Shown piece by piece: positions 45,201-54,679 of a stretch of DNA of 64,000 bases. Made by a program: the position numbers and the translations under genes. Each line of letters begins with the position of its first letter. The first letter of the stretch is position 1. Source of the stretch: an uncultured Gammaproteobacteria bacterium (GTDB lineage: Bacteria; Patescibacteriota; Patescibacteriia; Magasanikbacterales; GWA2-37-8); contig CAZINT010000003.1 in assembly GCA_964540825.1 (NCBI GenBank), positions 83,250 to 147,249 on the forward strand, written 5' to 3'. The notes under the pieces were generated by a model. The model searched no databases. It worked only from the letters and a program-made list of their open reading frames with translations, and was not told the DNA's origin.

Positions 45201-45778
45201 ACGAGTTCACTGTTAACTTCAAATTGCCCTTCTTGGTTCGCCAGATCGACAATTTCCAAATAATAATTTTCCGGGCCAAAAATCGCTTGGTATTCCAAGG
45301 CTACTTTTTTGGCTTTCTCAAAATTCTTTTCTTTAAATAAAATACGCGGCACTTCGCCTTCCATACAGCCTGACAAGGCCACGATGCCTTCGTGATATTT
45401 TTCGAGCAGCTCACGGTCAACACGGGGTTTGCCTAAATGAAAGCCTTCCAAGTGACTATCTGACACTAGCTTCATCATGTTGCGGTACCCGTCGTAGTTG
45501 AGCGCCAAGAGGACCAGATGATACACACGAGCATCATTGGTCTTTTTATCAAACCGACTACCCGGGGCAACATACACTTCCACCCCAATAATCGGTTTTA
45601 TCTCTTGCTTAAGACATTCTTCATAAAACTCGATCGCCCCATACATGTTGGCGTGATCAGTTAGGGCGAGCGTCGTAAAGCCTAATTTTTTGGCACCCTT
45701 AACCAGCTCATCGATTTTAGGCAGAGCGTCCAGGAGCGAATAATGGCTATGGGTGTGGAGGTGAACAAAATTCGACAT
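42257..45778 (-). CDS. dnaE: DNA polymerase III subunit alpha
   Basis: MSNFVHLHTHSHYSLLDA PHP domain and full-length DnaE-like sequence. ATG at 45776-45778 is preferred over the upstream ORF-track start. Confidence 0.9.
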   Translation of the reverse strand: MSNFVHLHTHSHYSLLDALPKIDELVKGAKKLGFTTLALTDHANMYGAIEFYEECLKQEIKPIIGVEVYVAPGSRFDKKTNDARVYHLVLLALNYDGYRNMMKLVSDSHLEGFHLGKPRVDRELLEKYHEGIVALSGCMEGEVPRILFKEKNFEKAKKVALEYQAIFGPENYYLEIVDLANQEGQFEVNSELVKLSKETGIPLVVTRDAHYLHEEDAEAQDILTCIRDGLSMEEPNRISMSAVDYSLASADDIAARFKHLPEAIANTVKIAERVNFKLELNKWHFAAIEIPPGETFDTHLRNQVYEKLPALTEVTEDVRKRVDYELDIISKKGYSPYFLTVADYVDFARRNDIVETTRGSGAGSIVSYALGITTVNPLYFKLPFERFLNPFRPSPPDIDTDFADDRRDEMIKYVTDKYGADKVAQIITFGTMAARGAVRDVGRALGYSYSFCDQVSKLIPFGAQGFQMTIDKALDLEPDLKELYTKNGQAKRLLDLARKVEGCARHSSMHAAGVVISPTPLTDFTPIQYETGGEKITTQYEMHAVEAAGVLKMDFLGIRNLSILGHAIEIIAKTTGQKINIYTLPWDDQKTYDMLARGETVGVFQLSGSGMTRYLKELKPASIFDIMAMVALFRPGPMESIPEYIKRKNHPELIEYLDPRMKDYLDQSLGLIVYQDDVLLTAINLGGYNWEEADKFRKAMGKKIPEEMEKQKEKFFKGCKEIGKVPEVKIHRLWELIEPFAAYGFNKAHAASYAVVAYQTAYLKANFPIQYMTAILIAESGDIEKVPEVIHECARMGVKVLPPDINASHKNFAMITPDDGSEPHIRFGFSGIKNVGEHIAEVIYKEREANGPFKTLEEFLTRVKDKDLNKKSVESLAKCGAMDCLGFDRNLILKNIDNILSFAKQTQEANSSKQHSLFSGSKIDIVSKVKLDPAPLATEAEKLTWEKELLGLYVTAHPFTRYQEIMSNCLTPIKDLGGQSRSTWLIVGGVIDSTKKKITRGGKPMMFVTIQDISASLELLVFPKTYETTKDVWVEGRLVCVVGKTSDEEGDDKLFVEKAYELTPENVRAMAMQMAMNHGEKSVKSHVPNRAAIERDRADRVVDLGDGTVEIKLSPEEAGMKAAELKKIFAEFPGEKLVFLKVGDKKIKTSFTISTSSEFTEALEKIWYIKTTP

Positions 45779-45889
45779 AAACAACCGAAAAAGCAAAATT
45801 TTTAACAGTCCTTCAGCTAGAATACTCTACCCTTATAAACTTAAAAAAGCAACCCCGACCAAGGTCGAGATTGCTGATGAAAACCAAGC

Positions 45890-46276
45890 TTATTTTTTAA
45901 TCTTTTTAGTCATCCGGTGCATCTTGTCGGCTGTCGCACGTACTGCCCTATCTACTGCTTCTTTGGCGCTTTCGTCAAACTTTTCACTGGCATCATCGAC
46001 CCATTCTTTGGTTTTTTTACGAACCACTTTTTGCACGAGTCCGCCAACGCCACCGCTAATCATACCCGCGATGCCTGAGAGCTGTTCCACGCGGCCACGA
46101 ATATAATCAATGGCTTCGGTTAATTTTTCTAATTTGGAACGCACTTCGCCAACAATCTCGCTGGCATTTTTGAGAATGCGCATGACATAGTAGAGCATCC
46201 AGCAAAAAAAAGCTGTGCCGACCAAAAGACAAAAGGCCAAAACCCAATAAAGAATGTCTTTAGAAGTATCAAACAT
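45890..46276 (-). CDS. hypothetical membrane protein with an N-terminal TM and coiled-coil (DUF948-like)
   Basis: 128 aa. Confidence 0.45.
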   Translation of the reverse strand: MFDTSKDILYWVLAFCLLVGTAFFCWMLYYVMRILKNASEIVGEVRSKLEKLTEAIDYIRGRVEQLSGIAGMISGGVGGLVQKVVRKKTKEWVDDASEKFDESAKEAVDRAVRATADKMHRMTKKIKK

Positions 46277-46344
46277 ACACGAACAACTTAAGAGTAACGT
46301 ACAAAGTAGCTGCTACTATACCACAAAGCCTCTCAAGAACAAAA

Positions 46345-48810
46345 CTATTTTCTAATTTCTGCTTGAAACTTTTTTTGGAGCAGTTCGACAATCTTTTTTT
46401 CTGCTGCATCTACTTCGGTGCTGATAAGTGTTCGATCGGGATGAGCGTAGGTAATATGATACGCCATACTCTTCGCTCCTTCAGGTAAGGAGCCGCCCAT
46501 AAAAACATCAAACAGATCGACGCGGGTTACCAGGGGGTCAACTGCAGCGAGCGCTGACACAATTGTTTCGTGTGAAAGTGATTTTGAAACAACGAAGGCC
46601 AAATCGCGCTGCACTTCGGGGTAGACTGCAACAGGCACGTACGTGGAGAATTGCTCCTCTCCCAGAGACTGGAGCAGAGAAAAATTAAGCGAACATACAC
46701 CCACCCGACCGAGCCCAATCTTTTCGCTGACTGCCGGGTGGAGTTCGTAGACCTGCCCGACTACCTGATTTTCATGGACAAGATTAAGCGAACGAGCCGG
46801 GTGTTGCCAAGCGGCAAGCGAACCAGTCTCGGGCGCAACGCTTTTTAAAATAATTCCGGTATGACTTAAAAATAATTCGCTAATACGCTTAGCTTCCCAA
46901 AAAGGCGTGCGATCCTTTTTTTCTGCATACACGCAGGTAACCCATGTATCTTGCCGCGGCAACAGTTCATCACTCTTAGCTTCGCTCCGGAGTCCCGCTT
47001 CGTCAGCGCGAAAAACCAAGCCAATTTCAAAAAGTGCGAGTCGGTCACGGTCGGCACTATTTTTTTCCAAAACTTCGAGAAGGTTTGGCAACAGTGACCG
47101 CCGAATATACGGCCGTTCTTTGGAGATAGGATTATCGAGTTCAAGGTAAAGCTTAGGATCATCTCCTACTTTAGTTATCTGCGCTTCGCTCACAAATGAG
47201 TAGGTGTAGATTTCCGTATACTTAAGATTTTCTACGAGCATGCTTCGCACAACGTTCTCCAGTTTTTTTAAGGGGCTCACGACAACCGGCGCAATTGGAA
47301 AATCAGGCAGGCTGGCCGGCACATTTTCATAACCATATAAACGAAGCACTTCTTCAACTACATCTTCAGGAGTGGTAATATCTTTACCCGAACGCCAGGT
47401 TGGCACCGTAAGCACCAGCATATTTTTCTTGGTCTTAACGCCGAAGCCTAAACGAGCCAACGTTTGTTCGATAAACTTTGCCGGGATCAGTGCGCCAATT
47501 TTTTGTTCAAAAAATGAAAGCGGCATTTCAATCGACTGTGGTTTTCGAACCGAGCCGTAGTGATCAACGACGCTGCTTGCAACGTGCGCCTTCGGGTGGA
47601 GTTCAAGCAGTAACGCAACCACGCGTTCAAGCGCAAGCGAACACACATTAGGATCAAGATTTTTTTCAAAACGCATCGATGCATCCGAGCGAAGTGCATA
47701 GTGCCCCGAGGCACTGCGGATAAGGCCGGGTGCAAAGGTGGCAGACTCAATAATGACAGTCGTCGTTGCGTCCGAAATTCCACTTTCCCGTCCGCCCATA
47801 ACTCCGGCAAGCGCCAGCACTGAATCGGTATCCGCAATAACCAGACTGTTTTTATCAAGTACACGCTCGACACCATCCAGCGTAACAACTCTTTCACCAT
47901 CAGCAGCACGGCGCACAGTAATATGTTTAGTGTTTTTTATTTTGTGATTTTTATCAAGCGCAGCAGCATCAAAAGCATGGAGCGGCTGGCCCAAATCAAA
48001 CATGACGTAGTTTGTAGCATCGACAATGGTATTGATCGGCCGAACGCCCACCGCCTTAAGAGCGTTTTGGAGCCAAGCCGGTGATGCCGTTGGCGACACA
48101 CCATCGATTGCCACCGCAGAATACCGCGGACAGTCGATTTTATTTTCAACAGTTACTTTGAGCGTAATTCCTTTGCCCGGTTTTATTTTTTCACTCGGAT
48201 ATTTAGCCACCTCGCGATTAAACAAAACCGCTACTTCGCGTGCCAGGCCATAATGCCCCCAGAGGTCCGGGCGATGCGAGAGCGATTTATTATCGATTTC
48301 AAACAAAACATCATTAAGCCCCAGTGCCTCGGCAAGCGGCGTACCTGGCTTCGATTGCAGGCTGGCAAGATCAACCACTTCGCGTTCCTCTTTTTTAGGA
48401 AAACGTTCCGCGAGACCGATTTCGTCGGCCGCGCAAATCATACCAAACGATTCAACCCCGCGAATAGTCGCTTTTTCCATAACAATCGGCTCACCTTCAC
48501 CGTGCCAGCGTACTTTGGCGCCGAGCTTAGCAACGGCGACCAGCATACCCTCGGCAACATTACTACCACCACAGACAATCACCACTTCTTCGTTACCGAC
48601 ATTAACCCGGCAGACTTTGAGCTTATCGGCATTCGCATGTTTTTCAACTGTTTTAATTTTACCAACCACAATACCAGCGAGGCTCTCGCCCGGTTTCACG
48701 ATATTCTCTACTTCAACTGTGGCCGCTTTTAATTTTGCCGCTACTTCTTCGGGCAAAATCGAGTCTGGCAAGGTAACGTATTTTTTGAGCCAATTAAATG
48801 AGATAAGCAT
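46345..48810 (-). CDS. pheT: phenylalanine--tRNA ligase beta subunit
   Basis: 821 aa with N-terminal tRNA-binding, B3/B4 and B5 regions, immediately downstream of pheS. Confidence 0.9.
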   Translation of the reverse strand: MLISFNWLKKYVTLPDSILPEEVAAKLKAATVEVENIVKPGESLAGIVVGKIKTVEKHANADKLKVCRVNVGNEEVVIVCGGSNVAEGMLVAVAKLGAKVRWHGEGEPIVMEKATIRGVESFGMICAADEIGLAERFPKKEEREVVDLASLQSKPGTPLAEALGLNDVLFEIDNKSLSHRPDLWGHYGLAREVAVLFNREVAKYPSEKIKPGKGITLKVTVENKIDCPRYSAVAIDGVSPTASPAWLQNALKAVGVRPINTIVDATNYVMFDLGQPLHAFDAAALDKNHKIKNTKHITVRRAADGERVVTLDGVERVLDKNSLVIADTDSVLALAGVMGGRESGISDATTTVIIESATFAPGLIRSASGHYALRSDASMRFEKNLDPNVCSLALERVVALLLELHPKAHVASSVVDHYGSVRKPQSIEMPLSFFEQKIGALIPAKFIEQTLARLGFGVKTKKNMLVLTVPTWRSGKDITTPEDVVEEVLRLYGYENVPASLPDFPIAPVVVSPLKKLENVVRSMLVENLKYTEIYTYSFVSEAQITKVGDDPKLYLELDNPISKERPYIRRSLLPNLLEVLEKNSADRDRLALFEIGLVFRADEAGLRSEAKSDELLPRQDTWVTCVYAEKKDRTPFWEAKRISELFLSHTGIILKSVAPETGSLAAWQHPARSLNLVHENQVVGQVYELHPAVSEKIGLGRVGVCSLNFSLLQSLGEEQFSTYVPVAVYPEVQRDLAFVVSKSLSHETIVSALAAVDPLVTRVDLFDVFMGGSLPEGAKSMAYHITYAHPDRTLISTEVDAAEKKIVELLQKKFQAEIRK

Positions 48811-48811
48811 A

Positions 48812-49846
48812 CTAAAATTGTTCTAAAAACCGTAAATCCCCGCTTTCAAGCAGCCGCACATCATCAATGCCATACTTCAGCATCGCAAGGCGTGTAAGCC
48901 CAAAACCAAACGCAAAACCCTGGTAGACATTCGGATCAATATCCCCGGCCTTAAGCACGTTCGGGTGCACCATACCGGCCCCCAAAACTTCCAGCCAGCC
49001 AGTTTGCTTGCAAAGACGGCACCCTGCACCCTTACAGAGGTAGCAGGTGACTTCGCCGTTTACACCGGGTTCCACAAACGGATAAAATTTCGGCCTTAAA
49101 CGCACTTTGGTTTCCGGTCCATATAAATGTTTCGCCGTTGCTTCAAGCACGCCTTTCAAATGTGCAAACGTAATATTTTTATCAAGCACCAGTCCTTCGA
49201 GCTGATAAAACGTATGTTCATGGCGCACATCAGTTGATTCATTGCGGAAACATTTGCCCGGCACAATCGCCCGAATCGGCGCGCCGTATTTTTGCATCGC
49301 GCGCACCTGGACTGACGACGTGTGCGTACGCATCACCCAGTCTGGATGATTCTTAATATAAAATGTATCCTGCATATCACGCGCCGGGTGGTCAGCAGGA
49401 ATATTTACGGCCGTAAAATTATAGTATTCGCTTTCAAGTTCCGGCCCATCAAGCACCATAAACCCCATGGACGTAAAAAAATCTTCGAGGTCGCGCTGAA
49501 TAATCGTATTTGGATGCAGGTGACCTGAAGCTTGTACCGGGAGAGCTGGCTGCGAAATATCGATTGCTTCTTTTTGGAGCAGCGTTCCCCACTCTTGCAT
49601 TTTTAAGGCATTTTTTTTCTGCTCAAAGGCTTGCTCAATAATTGTTTTAACATCATTTGCAAGCGCACCCGCTGTTTTCCGCGCGTCGCCTTCCAGGTCT
49701 TTTAAACCTTTTAATAGATTCGTCAGTTTACCATTCTTGCGACTTAAAAAAGTATTCTCGAATACCTCAAGGGCGGCTACGCCCTGCACTTGCTGAAGCT
49801 GCCCCAGCGCCTCGGCCTTAAGTTCTGAGAGTTGTTCTGCTAGCAT
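48812..49846 (-). CDS. pheS: phenylalanine--tRNA ligase alpha subunit
   Basis: Class II aaRS motifs (FRNE..., GAGMVHPNVL). Confidence 0.9.
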   Translation of the reverse strand: MLAEQLSELKAEALGQLQQVQGVAALEVFENTFLSRKNGKLTNLLKGLKDLEGDARKTAGALANDVKTIIEQAFEQKKNALKMQEWGTLLQKEAIDISQPALPVQASGHLHPNTIIQRDLEDFFTSMGFMVLDGPELESEYYNFTAVNIPADHPARDMQDTFYIKNHPDWVMRTHTSSVQVRAMQKYGAPIRAIVPGKCFRNESTDVRHEHTFYQLEGLVLDKNITFAHLKGVLEATAKHLYGPETKVRLRPKFYPFVEPGVNGEVTCYLCKGAGCRLCKQTGWLEVLGAGMVHPNVLKAGDIDPNVYQGFAFGFGLTRLAMLKYGIDDVRLLESGDLRFLEQF

Positions 49847-49853
49847 ATAAAAC

Positions 49854-51068
49854 TTAAAAAATTCTTCCTAAAGCTGATCTAATCGCACCGCTAAAACTTC
49901 CTAGATCTTTCACCGTAATAACCACAACCAACAGCATCAGAAGAACAAAACCAACCGTATGCGCAATTCCTTCATACTTAATTGCTTTTCCTTTTTTACT
50001 TATAGCTCCAATAACCACAAACAGCAATCGTCCGCCATCGAGGGCCGGAATCGGCAGAATATTAAGTACCGCCAAGTTAAGCGATAATATTGCTGTAAAT
50101 TGCAGGAGATAGATGAAGCCGAGACGGGCTACTTTGCCAGTCATCACTGCCACCCCGACCGGACCGGAAACTTGATCACCCACATGACTGCCTGGAGTAA
50201 ACAATCCTTTAACCAGCGCCCCAAAACCAAATAAAATTTGTTTGAAATAAGACCCGGTTTCTTTGGCGCCTTCATACAGTGCCCGGTACCAAGGGTAGCG
50301 AATCGTACCTATTTCGGCAATCGCAATTCCAAGTCCGCCCTTACCGGTATCTTCGTAGACAATGGGTTGAATTTCTTTAGTGAGTATTTCTGCACCGCGC
50401 TTAATCTGAACCGTAATTTTTTGTGTACGACGCGCATCAATATACGCTTGGAGTTCGGCGAGACGTGGATTCTGCACCGCGTCGAGCGCAACTACCTGGT
50501 CGCCCGGCATAACACCTGCTTGCGCTGCCGGTTTTCCGGCCAGCACATCGACAACCTCAATGTGGCGATTAATCACCCGGCTTACATCAGCCATACCATC
50601 GGTTGGCTGTGGCGTACCAATCATAAGGCCGATACTGAGGAGTACCCAAGCCACCAAAATATTCATCAGGACTCCAGCAGTCAGTACCAACGCTCTTTGC
50701 CAAACTTTTTTGCTGGCAAAGCTGTCTGAATCGTGCCCACCTTCCGCCTCGCCATTTTCGCCTTTAATCTTTACAAAGCCGCCCAGGGGGATTATATTAA
50801 AGGAATACAGCGTTCCAGCACTAACCGCAGCGTCGGGAGTAAGCTGAGGGTTTTTACTGCCCCAAACCACACGCCACGAACGCGAGCGTGTTCCGTCTGT
50901 ATGGGTACGTGTTAAGCGCTGAATACCAACTACACGCGGCGGAAAGCCAAAACCAAATTCCTCGACCGCCATACCGCTCTTACGGGCAGTAATAAAGTGA
51001 CCAAATTCGTGTGAGATAACAAGAACACTGAGGACGGCGAGAAAAATAAGGAGTGTAATCATAGACAA
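49854..51068 (-). CDS. rseP: RIP metalloprotease RseP (site-2 protease, M50)
   Basis: HEFGHFITA zinc motif, a PDZ-like middle region, and a C-terminal LDGGRL motif. Confidence 0.85.
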   Translation of the reverse strand: MSMITLLIFLAVLSVLVISHEFGHFITARKSGMAVEEFGFGFPPRVVGIQRLTRTHTDGTRSRSWRVVWGSKNPQLTPDAAVSAGTLYSFNIIPLGGFVKIKGENGEAEGGHDSDSFASKKVWQRALVLTAGVLMNILVAWVLLSIGLMIGTPQPTDGMADVSRVINRHIEVVDVLAGKPAAQAGVMPGDQVVALDAVQNPRLAELQAYIDARRTQKITVQIKRGAEILTKEIQPIVYEDTGKGGLGIAIAEIGTIRYPWYRALYEGAKETGSYFKQILFGFGALVKGLFTPGSHVGDQVSGPVGVAVMTGKVARLGFIYLLQFTAILSLNLAVLNILPIPALDGGRLLFVVIGAISKKGKAIKYEGIAHTVGFVLLMLLVVVITVKDLGSFSGAIRSALGRIF

Positions 51069-51106
51069 AATTTTTTCTTAATTTAACCCTTAATCTATCA
51101 GAAAAT

Positions 51107-51673
51107 ATGCCCGTACTATATATCATCCTTGCTGTAGTGGCAATAGCAGCGATTTGGATTATCAGCGTCTACAACGGCCTCATTACCAGCAAAAACCGTG
51201 TTGACGAAGCCGTAAGTGATATCGATGTACAACTCAAGCGTCGCTACGACCTCATTCCAAACCTCGTAGAAACCGTCAAAGGCTACATGACCCATGAACG
51301 CGAGACACTGGTCAAACTGACCGAAGCCCGCACCAGCGCCATGACCGCACACAATGACCCTAACGCCACCTTGCAGCAAAAAGAAGCGGCTGAAAATCAG
51401 CTCAGCGGCACCCTTAAGACATTATTTGCAGTTACTGAAAACTACCCGGAACTCAAAGCGAGCCAAAACTTCCTCCAGCTCCAGGATGAAATTTCAGATA
51501 CTGAAAACAAAATCATGGCTTCAAGACGCTTCTACAACAGCAATGTTCGCGACTTCAATACCAAAATTCAGGTCTTCCCTACCAACCTGATTGCCAACTC
51601 ACTTAAATTCACTAAATACGAATTTTTCCAGGCAGCTGAAGGCGAACGCCAGAATGTAAAGGTACAGTTCTAA
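51107..51673 (+). CDS. lemA: LemA family protein
   Basis: N-terminal TM and conserved LemA sequence (ISVYNGLI...DEAVSDIDVQLKRRYDLIPNLV). Confidence 0.8.
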   Translation: MPVLYIILAVVAIAAIWIISVYNGLITSKNRVDEAVSDIDVQLKRRYDLIPNLVETVKGYMTHERETLVKLTEARTSAMTAHNDPNATLQQKEAAENQLSGTLKTLFAVTENYPELKASQNFLQLQDEISDTENKIMASRRFYNSNVRDFNTKIQVFPTNLIANSLKFTKYEFFQAAEGERQNVKVQF

Positions 51674-51676
51674 GGT

Positions 51677-52567
51677 ATGTATAACGATATAGCGAGCAAC
51701 AAACGCAATTCAGTATTCCTGGTCATGATTGTCATTGCACTTATTATTGCTATTGGCTATGTTTTCGATCGTGCAACCGGCGACACAACATACTCGGGCG
51801 TTTGGCTCGCCATAATTATTTCGCTAGTCTCAACACTCATTTCATATTTTCAGGGTGATAAAATTGCACTCTTTACGAGCGGCGCCAAACCACTGGCCCC
51901 TGATGACAATCCGTACGTATACCGAATTGTCGAAAATTTATCGATCGCGAGCGGCACCCCGATACCAAAGATTTATATCATGGAAGAAAGCGCCATCAAC
52001 GCGTTTGCAACGGGCCGTAAGCCCGAACTAGCCTCAATCGCTATCACGCGCGGAGCAATTGAAAAATTAGAAAACGAAGAACTGGAAGGTGTCATTGCGC
52101 ACGAATTGTCGCATGTTAAAAATTATGACGTGCGTTTTATGACACTGGTTGCAGTCTTAGTCGGCGCGCTCATTCTTCTCTCGGACATATTCTTACGTTC
52201 ACGCTTTTTCTTCGGCGGACGAAGGAGCAGCGATCGTGACAATGGCGGGGCGGGAATATTTATGATCGCCGGTATTGTGCTTGCAATACTTTCACCCATC
52301 CTCGCCAATCTCATTAAACTCGCTATTTCACGTCGCCGCGAGTATTTGGCCGATGCGTCGGGCGCTCTACTTACCCGCTACCCTGAAGGCCTGGCGAGGG
52401 CTCTTGAAAAGATTGGTCAGGAAAATTTGCCAATGCAGCGAGCCAGCAAAGCCACGGCACACTTGTTTTTATCTAACCCCTTCGGTAGCAGCAAACTGCA
52501 ATCATTGTTTTCAACACACCCGTCAATTGAAGATCGCGTTAAAAAGTTACGTGGCATGGGGGCATAA
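51677..52567 (+). CDS. htpX: zinc metalloprotease HtpX (M48)
   Basis: IAHELSHVKNYD HExxH motif and four TM helices. The LemA-HtpX pairing is common. Confidence 0.85.
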   Translation: MYNDIASNKRNSVFLVMIVIALIIAIGYVFDRATGDTTYSGVWLAIIISLVSTLISYFQGDKIALFTSGAKPLAPDDNPYVYRIVENLSIASGTPIPKIYIMEESAINAFATGRKPELASIAITRGAIEKLENEELEGVIAHELSHVKNYDVRFMTLVAVLVGALILLSDIFLRSRFFFGGRRSSDRDNGGAGIFMIAGIVLAILSPILANLIKLAISRRREYLADASGALLTRYPEGLARALEKIGQENLPMQRASKATAHLFLSNPFGSSKLQSLFSTHPSIEDRVKKLRGMGA

Positions 52568-52576
52568 TATTTTTCT

Positions 52577-52924
52577 ATGACAGAAATATACTCAGGCGAT
52601 CCCTACCGTAGCGAAGCCCTGTCAATGCAAGAGCGAATTGCCCGCACCGGAAAAATCGGCATCGAGCTTACCTCGACAAAAGTTGGCGAAAAGGTGCCGC
52701 TTCTTGAAGCGGCATTGACGATTGGAACTAAACCACAAGACATCATGCTCTACACTCGCGGCGGCGCTTTCACGTATGCGGGCGTCGTTGACCCTAAGGA
52801 ATGGACCAGCGATGAATCAAGATGTTGGAAATGGGCGGCTGATTATAACGTGTTTCCAGCTACCAGACCCCCGGAAATTATTATTAGCTCAAACTACACC
52901 GTGCGGGATCCGCTAGATGTGTAA
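52577..52924 (+). CDS. hypothetical protein
   Basis: 115 aa, no recognisable motifs. Confidence 0.4.
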   Translation: MTEIYSGDPYRSEALSMQERIARTGKIGIELTSTKVGEKVPLLEAALTIGTKPQDIMLYTRGGAFTYAGVVDPKEWTSDESRCWKWAADYNVFPATRPPEIIISSNYTVRDPLDV

Positions 52925-52989
52925 GGGTCTTAAAAAAACCAACAAACAATGGAGCTTAAAATTAAGAAGCCCGCAATTACTAAGCACGT

Positions 52990-53502
52990 ATGCTTGATAT
53001 TTTACCCGTTGATCAACGTGAAGGCAGGGGTAGCTGCGGCGCAGCGTGCCTCAAAACCATACTCGCCTATCACGGTGTTACCACTACCGAAGCCAAGCTC
53101 ACCAAACTGCTTGGCACCACTGCCGCCAATGGTACAAGGGGTGAAGCATTGGTCAGCGTAGCAAAAAAATTTGGTCTGCAGAGTTTCATCAAAGACAATT
53201 CCGAACTTAGTGATCTTAAAAAATATTTGGACAAAAAAATTCCCATTATTGTTGCCTGGTTTAGCGGGACAGATACACACTACTCAGTAGTAGTTGGAAT
53301 AGATGCAGAAAATATTTACTTGCAAGACCCAGAACTAGGACACTTGCGCGCCATGCACCACGTCTGGTTTAAACGAGTTTGGTTCGATTTTTGGGGGCCG
53401 TTCATGAAAAAAACAAGCGACCTCATTTTACGACGGATGATCGTAATTATACCGCCGGCAAATTTCGGCGATACCAGATCCACACAATCCAAAAAACAAT
53501 AA
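52990..53502 (+). CDS. standalone peptidase C39-like domain protein
   Basis: Q9...GSCGAACLKTIL (Gln/Cys), HYSVVVGID (His), LQDP (Asp). No signal peptide and no SD. Confidence 0.6.
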   Translation: MLDILPVDQREGRGSCGAACLKTILAYHGVTTTEAKLTKLLGTTAANGTRGEALVSVAKKFGLQSFIKDNSELSDLKKYLDKKIPIIVAWFSGTDTHYSVVVGIDAENIYLQDPELGHLRAMHHVWFKRVWFDFWGPFMKKTSDLILRRMIVIIPPANFGDTRSTQSKKQ

Positions 53503-53821
53503 AAATTCCAAACGGCAGCCACGCAATAGCAGGACTGCCGTTTATAATTGCGAGGACAATGCCAACAAGCGCGGCTGACGACCAAATAATCTTGAGATTC
53601 AACAGCGCCCGGTAGCTTTCGAGGCCAGCATTTTTCATGACGAGCGACGTGGTACCGATGGCAAAAAAGGCCGCGCCAACCATACGCGGCGCGAGCGAGT
53701 CACCCATGGTAAGACCGAACACGCTGAATACTGCTGCAGGAAAAAAAATAAGCGGCAGCGAGAAAATGAGATCGACAATAAAATGAATGACAAACCAAAT
53801 TCGCAGACTTCTTGAAATCAT
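53447..53821 (-). CDS. hypothetical membrane protein
   Basis: 124 aa with four hydrophobic helices. Overlaps the 3' end of the C39-like gene by 56 nt, so one of the two ends may be wrong. Confidence 0.35.
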   Translation of the reverse strand: MISRSLRIWFVIHFIVDLIFSLPLIFFPAAVFSVFGLTMGDSLAPRMVGAAFFAIGTTSLVMKNAGLESYRALLNLKIIWSSAALVGIVLAIINGSPAIAWLPFGIFIVFWIVWIWYRRNLPAV

Positions 53822-53829
53822 ATGGATAT

Positions 53830-54585
53830 TTAAGCTGCTTTTTGATCTGTCTGACCACCTCCTTCGCTCTCAATCTCAATCAATTTTTTTCGATACTGAT
53901 CAGTATCTTTTCCGAAGCGATTGTCAAAATCTTTAAGCATTAATACTTTTTGCTCGTAGGTTAAATTTTGTAACTGGGTGTCTAGAAATACATTGCTTTC
54001 TGCTCGCGCTTTCTTCACCGACACTGTCTGACCAGCCGCGCGATTAGCCGAATGAACCGGTAATTTTTTAGCCAATTTAGGATCTGTTGCTCCAGTGAAA
54101 ATAATTTCTGGAGTTGGCGGGGGTACTTTCACAGCCTTTCTAGCTTGCGGTGCAGGGTTTAGTTTTTCAACCGGTTTGCTAGAAGCCTCAGAATTATCAT
54201 CAAACAATTCCATTTCTGGCCCTAATTCAAGCAAGGAAGGATCTTTTTTAGTTACAACTTTTGGGTTAATCTTGGTCGGTTCGAACGGTAAAAGTGGATC
54301 ATACGTATCTAACATAGTGTTTGAAACCTCCCGTCGCTCAGCGTCTGGTTCATTACGATATTCAGCTGCATAATACTTCATTTTCTCAATTTCTTGAGGC
54401 GTAAATTCCATTTTGTTATCCTTTCCTGGAAAACCTAATAATTTGGCGAGAATCTCTTGACCAACTTCGCTCATAATTCCAACTTCTCGTAAATAATTAA
54501 GAGCATCTTCTTTGTCTTGTCGTGAAACACTCTCATGTTCAGCTTCGGATTTCATAATTAACGAGCGGTCTGGTGAGAACTCCAT
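53830..54585 (-). CDS. charged hypothetical protein
   Basis: 251 aa, K/E-rich. Confidence 0.45.
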   Translation of the reverse strand: MEFSPDRSLIMKSEAEHESVSRQDKEDALNYLREVGIMSEVGQEILAKLLGFPGKDNKMEFTPQEIEKMKYYAAEYRNEPDAERREVSNTMLDTYDPLLPFEPTKINPKVVTKKDPSLLELGPEMELFDDNSEASSKPVEKLNPAPQARKAVKVPPPTPEIIFTGATDPKLAKKLPVHSANRAAGQTVSVKKARAESNVFLDTQLQNLTYEQKVLMLKDFDNRFGKDTDQYRKKLIEIESEGGGQTDQKAA

Positions 54586-54679
54586 ACAAATATATTTAAA
54601 ATAAAATTAAATAACATTACTTATGAACTTCCATAGACCTCAGCCTGACAGACAGGCGATTCGGGTATACTGTGTGGAA

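Noticed and set aside
52949-53161. ORF 52949..53161 as an alternative frame for the C39 region
   Set aside because: It is in a different frame from the ORF carrying the Gln/Cys/His/Asp C39 motifs. Its translation is Pro/Ala-rich low complexity.
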